NCBI GenBank assembly: GCA_011109175.1 | Contig: RDEW01000007.1 | Coordinates: 1,016,980-1,054,778, forward strand | Direction: 5' to 3' | DNA from: Dicyema japonicum | Taxonomy: Eukaryota > Animalia > Dicyemida | DNA length: 37,799 nt | In this document: one piece after another, positions 34,200 through 37,799 of the stretch | Layout of the letters: each line of letters opens with the position of its first letter | Position numbering within the stretch: position 1 is the first letter of the stretch | Translations under genes and position numbers: made by a program | The notes under the pieces: model-generated | The model's input: only the letters and a program-made list of their open reading frames with translations | What the model was told of the DNA's origin: nothing | The model's database searches: none

Positions 34200-36650
34200 A
34201 GCATCAGTAAAAATAACTACCGGACTAAAAATAATAGAAATCAAATATAAAAGCAAATCTAACGAAAAACAGTAAAAGACTAATTGTCATTCAAAAAAGA
34301 CTTCATTTTCACAATACTCTTTTCACGGTCCTTATTACAGCATTATCATTGCTGACATCAAACGTAATCTAGGTGACCACAAAGTAAACCCGAGAGGCTC
34401 TTTCCATCATCTCATTCAGTTCATTGTCAGTAGGGTCGCATTCTGTAGTATATTTGTCGCTTTCTTTATCACACTGGACCGCCACGTTGACGTGACGAAT
34501 GGATCCACATCTAAGGCAGAATGTTCAAATGATGGACACATGAAGTTTTCCATAAACGCTATATAATTGTTGTAGAAACCCTCGCTAAAGTCACTCCAAC
34601 CCTCCTCGGAATTGGTCTTATTCCGTTACTAAGATTAAGTACCTCGATTTTAGGGGGGAGTAAGTTTTTTTCAGATTATCATGATCTTCTTCCGGTAATT
34701 CAACCACTATGAGAATAAAAAATCAAATTTACTTTCTTTTGTGTGATCCTCGGGATAAATCCAAAGTACTCGTCATAATATCTCGCATAATGAACTCAAC
34801 AAAAACTAAAAATTAAATAACTCCCGCTAATTTATTTTAGATATTAATTATTAATTTAGAAAAAATTATTTAAATTGTATAAAGATTTCAAATCATTGCT
34901 TCTCTTTAAAGATTTCGGACAGAAAACAATGGGGAAGGTTTTCTGCGTTTCTGCAAGGAACAGTAATTAAAATTTCAAAAAAATCGCATTTTTTAAATTT
35001 TATTAATAATTGTTTCTGGAATCATTAATTCGGATAAACGGTACAGCATGTCTGCTCTATCGGCCAGTTCTCTATCCAGTACTTGTGCGAGGTCACTGTG
35101 GCACTGTTAAAGGCCTTGTTTTTTAACTTTACTTTTACTTTATAACAAAAGAAAGTAAAGAGGATTTTAATTTGAAGCTTTTTACTGAAGGTCCTGCCAT
35201 AGCTTGGACTCTCCTCTGCGATTCAGACCCCTATTTTGGTTCATTCCATGCTGCGACATACGAGTCAAAAATAGCATCTCTTTTAGTCTGCAATCCTTTT
35301 TCTATCACTTCTCTGGTCGACATTGACAAAGATTGTCGTCCTCATCTAACGTCTCGCCGAGCCGTTTGTGTAGGGTAATTTTGATCCCTGCTCTTCGCTT
35401 TTTTGAGAAGCAAAATAAAACGCTCCTTGTATGCAGTGTAATAGCACAATGATCTTGTGAAATTTGGCTGAAAAAAGTGTCCCTCAGGGCTCAGTGCTCA
35501 GTCCTATATTATTCAACATTATAATGAGTGGATTGCCTTGCCCAGAAAACCCACGTATAGAAATCTTGATATACGCAGATGACGTCATAAATTATGATGT
35601 CTTTTTAAACCCTTTGGTATCTGAGAAACGGTTGAAGACGTACATGGACTAGATCGAAGAGTGGTGTAATGAAAACTTACTTTCAGTTGCACATGAGAAG
35701 TCTGGTCTGGTGAGGATAACTGGATGCAGGAGGCTGGCTAACCTTAAGAACTCGTTACAAGACATACCTCGGAAGAAGACTTGAAATACCTTGGGCTCTT
35801 AATTGACGAAGATACATGCTAAGATACAAAAACAAAAAACTACAAACGCTCTGTTTTGCATTAGAAAATTAAAACTCGAGTTGGAGACCCTTGTTTATGT
35901 CTTCACTCCGCAATATTTCCTGCAATGTTATACGGTTTAGAAGGATGGTACGACTCAAAAAAGAGACACAATTATCAAGAAATTTGAAAAAACGCGTAAT
36001 TTTACTCTAAAGCTTACTTTTGGGATAAGTCTTCGTATGCAATGTGCAAGGTTTGCGGAACTATCGAAAATCTTATTAGAGGTTTCGTAAACCGCACTAA
36101 AGTATCTGGTACTAATCTTCAGCGATGACTTTTTACGGATTTCTTAAAGAGACTGTAGTGGAGAAGTCGGTTGGCAAGCCCTACCGTTTCATATACTTCC
36201 CACATCACTTAATTTGCAGTGTTTTCTTTATAATAACTTACTTACTTGACTGGTGCCCACATGATGTTCTATAGAGATACCTTCCTCAGGTAGGATGGAG
36301 TCAACTAAAGACTTACAGACTCCGATCTCGTACTTTACGGAAATCACTTTTTCCTCAGTAGCATAACCATCTGACACGACACATTTGACAGTATCCACCA
36401 TTCCATCCATTTCTTGATAGTCCTTGTTACTTAAGGTCCAAATAAATTCGTTTCCATTTTGAATGACTTGGAACATGGAATTTGCTCCATCCAATTTTCC
36501 ATTGTACATCCACGTTATATTGAGATTCCTCGGGGAATCGACCTTTCTCTTGCATTTAATTTCAGAAATTGACTTTGAGAAATTATCACATCCCCACCAT
36601 TAACATAAATCTTGACTGATCTCAATTTATCGAAAATAAAAGGGGTTGAT
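34200..36650 (-). pseudogene. Disrupted immunoglobulin-superfamily gene (two Ig-like plus FN3-like segments)
   Basis: Ig1: FLKLK/C...SPRNLNITWMYNG...VKCVVSDG. Ig2-like: HCKLSDVGSI*NG...SSLKIS...AVYE..SN, then GTAAG donor near 36014. FN3-like: AWNEPK*GS (~35240) and YLILV/NKTNSEEGWSDFSE (34580-34640). Several stops and frameshifts. Confidence 0.55.
35440..36000 (+). mobile_element. I/Jockey-group LINE RT fragment inside the Ig/FN3 locus
   Basis: VPQGSVLSPILFNII...LIYADDV, KSGLV, LKYLGLLID, FPAMLYG..GW. Confidence 0.8.
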
Positions 36651-36809
36651 CTGCAAATTTGAATTCTAGCAACCATAAGACGAGACAGTGAAATGTTGCC
36701 TGTATTCTACTCACGCCTATGCGCGGAGAGCACATGTCATATTTTTTATAAAATAAATATAATTTTAAAATACCTCAATAAATTCAGAACTATCTTATTA
36801 ATTAATAAT

Positions 36810-37799
36810 AGGATCATTCCAAACGAGCACGGGCACTGGTCGGAAAACCAAGAGGATCATTCCAACGAGCACGTCGAACCGAATGAACCTCTAGGCTTCA
36901 ATGATGTGGACAACCTCGTGCTCTTTTTGTAGGATCTAAGGAAAGTCAGGAAGATCCCAATCAGGATCCCAAGACCCGTCCGGATCCCCGCGGCTACATG
37001 CCTGGCCTCTGAAATTGACGATGCTCTCACGTCCGACGACCAGGAGGCTTGGATAAAACTCCTCAGTTTCTCCCCAATAGCACAAAGAATTTCATTTACC
37101 GAGTCGGTAAATGAGATCAACGGAACACAGGAGAAAGTACGAGACTTGGGAACTCTCTTTCCTCAAAAATGAAGAAGAACATCCAGGTTTTCTATGTGTA
37201 TTCTCTCACCAAGACGGAAGTCATGAAAATAAAACATCCTGATTCCAATCTTCCGGTTTCTTTGAATGGCCCGGACAAACCTGGAGAGAGAGTAAATCGT
37301 AAACTATTTGAAGGCGACGTCCGAGCGGCGTTGCGCGTCGTTGCCAGCGACGATACTGTCATGGCTGCGACGCTTGAGGTGCTTGAACTACTCAGACGAA
37401 AACATCCATGTCCTCCGGCAGATTACCGCCCATTCGTGCTTCCGGAAAATTTGTCAAGGACGACCGTCACCAAAGGCGAAGTGCGGCGCGGTATTTCGTC
37501 GTTTGCGGCGAGTAGCAGTGGAGGTCTCGATAGCTTGAGGCCAAGTCACATCAAGGATCTTACGGGGGGCTACTGCAGAAGCTGGCTGCAACCTTGTCAA
37601 ATCAATTACAAAACTGATTATTCGTATTTTGAACGGAGATATTCCTCCTCATGCAAGGGAGTATCTTTTCAGTGCACATCTACTGGCCTTCAAAAACCCG
37701 AAGGTAGGGTCCGTCCCATCGCGGTCGGCAACTATTTCTGAAAACTGACAGCGAAAATCGCATGCAGTATTGTCTGTCCGAGAATATCTGAAGAATTTC
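36810..37799 (+). mobile_element. Second long CRE copy, 5'-truncated just after the PHD finger; runs off the window
   Basis: Collinear with 5005-5970, with its own stops (36929, 37739) and frameshifts (~37110, ~37565); duplicated 21-nt segment at the 5' junction. Confidence 0.95.

Noticed and set aside
34500-36250. Alternative genetic code explaining in-frame stops in the Ig/FN3 locus
   Set aside because: TAA, TAG and TGA all occur, together with frameshifts; decay or sequencing error is simpler.

Overview
AT-rich eukaryotic (most likely metazoan) DNA dominated by transposable elements, with no prokaryotic features. The centrepiece is a full-length ~3.1 kb CRE-clade non-LTR retrotransposon (4749-7849). 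It has a 13-bp TSD, a poly(A) tail and one ~1,000-aa ORF broken by four frameshifts: N-terminal PHD finger, RT, CCHC knuckle and restriction-like endonuclease. About eleven more CRE pieces from several subfamilies are scattered across the window. Also present: RTE/Proto2-like and I/Jockey-like APE LINEs, two tRNA-derived SINE families, hAT (Buster-type and DUF659-type), pogo/Tigger and IS630/Tc1 remnants, and a 1.2 kb duplication at an assembly N. One SINE family shows twin-priming inversions at the same point in two copies; the other shares its 3' stem-loop tail with a LINE. Host sequence is limited to fragments: an Ig/FN3 receptor-like gene, a PH-domain-like gene and an unknown spliced gene, with candidate 22-26 nt introns. 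Many frameshifts are single-base losses in homopolymers and may be assembly errors. All family and domain calls come from motif recognition by eye, not database searches.
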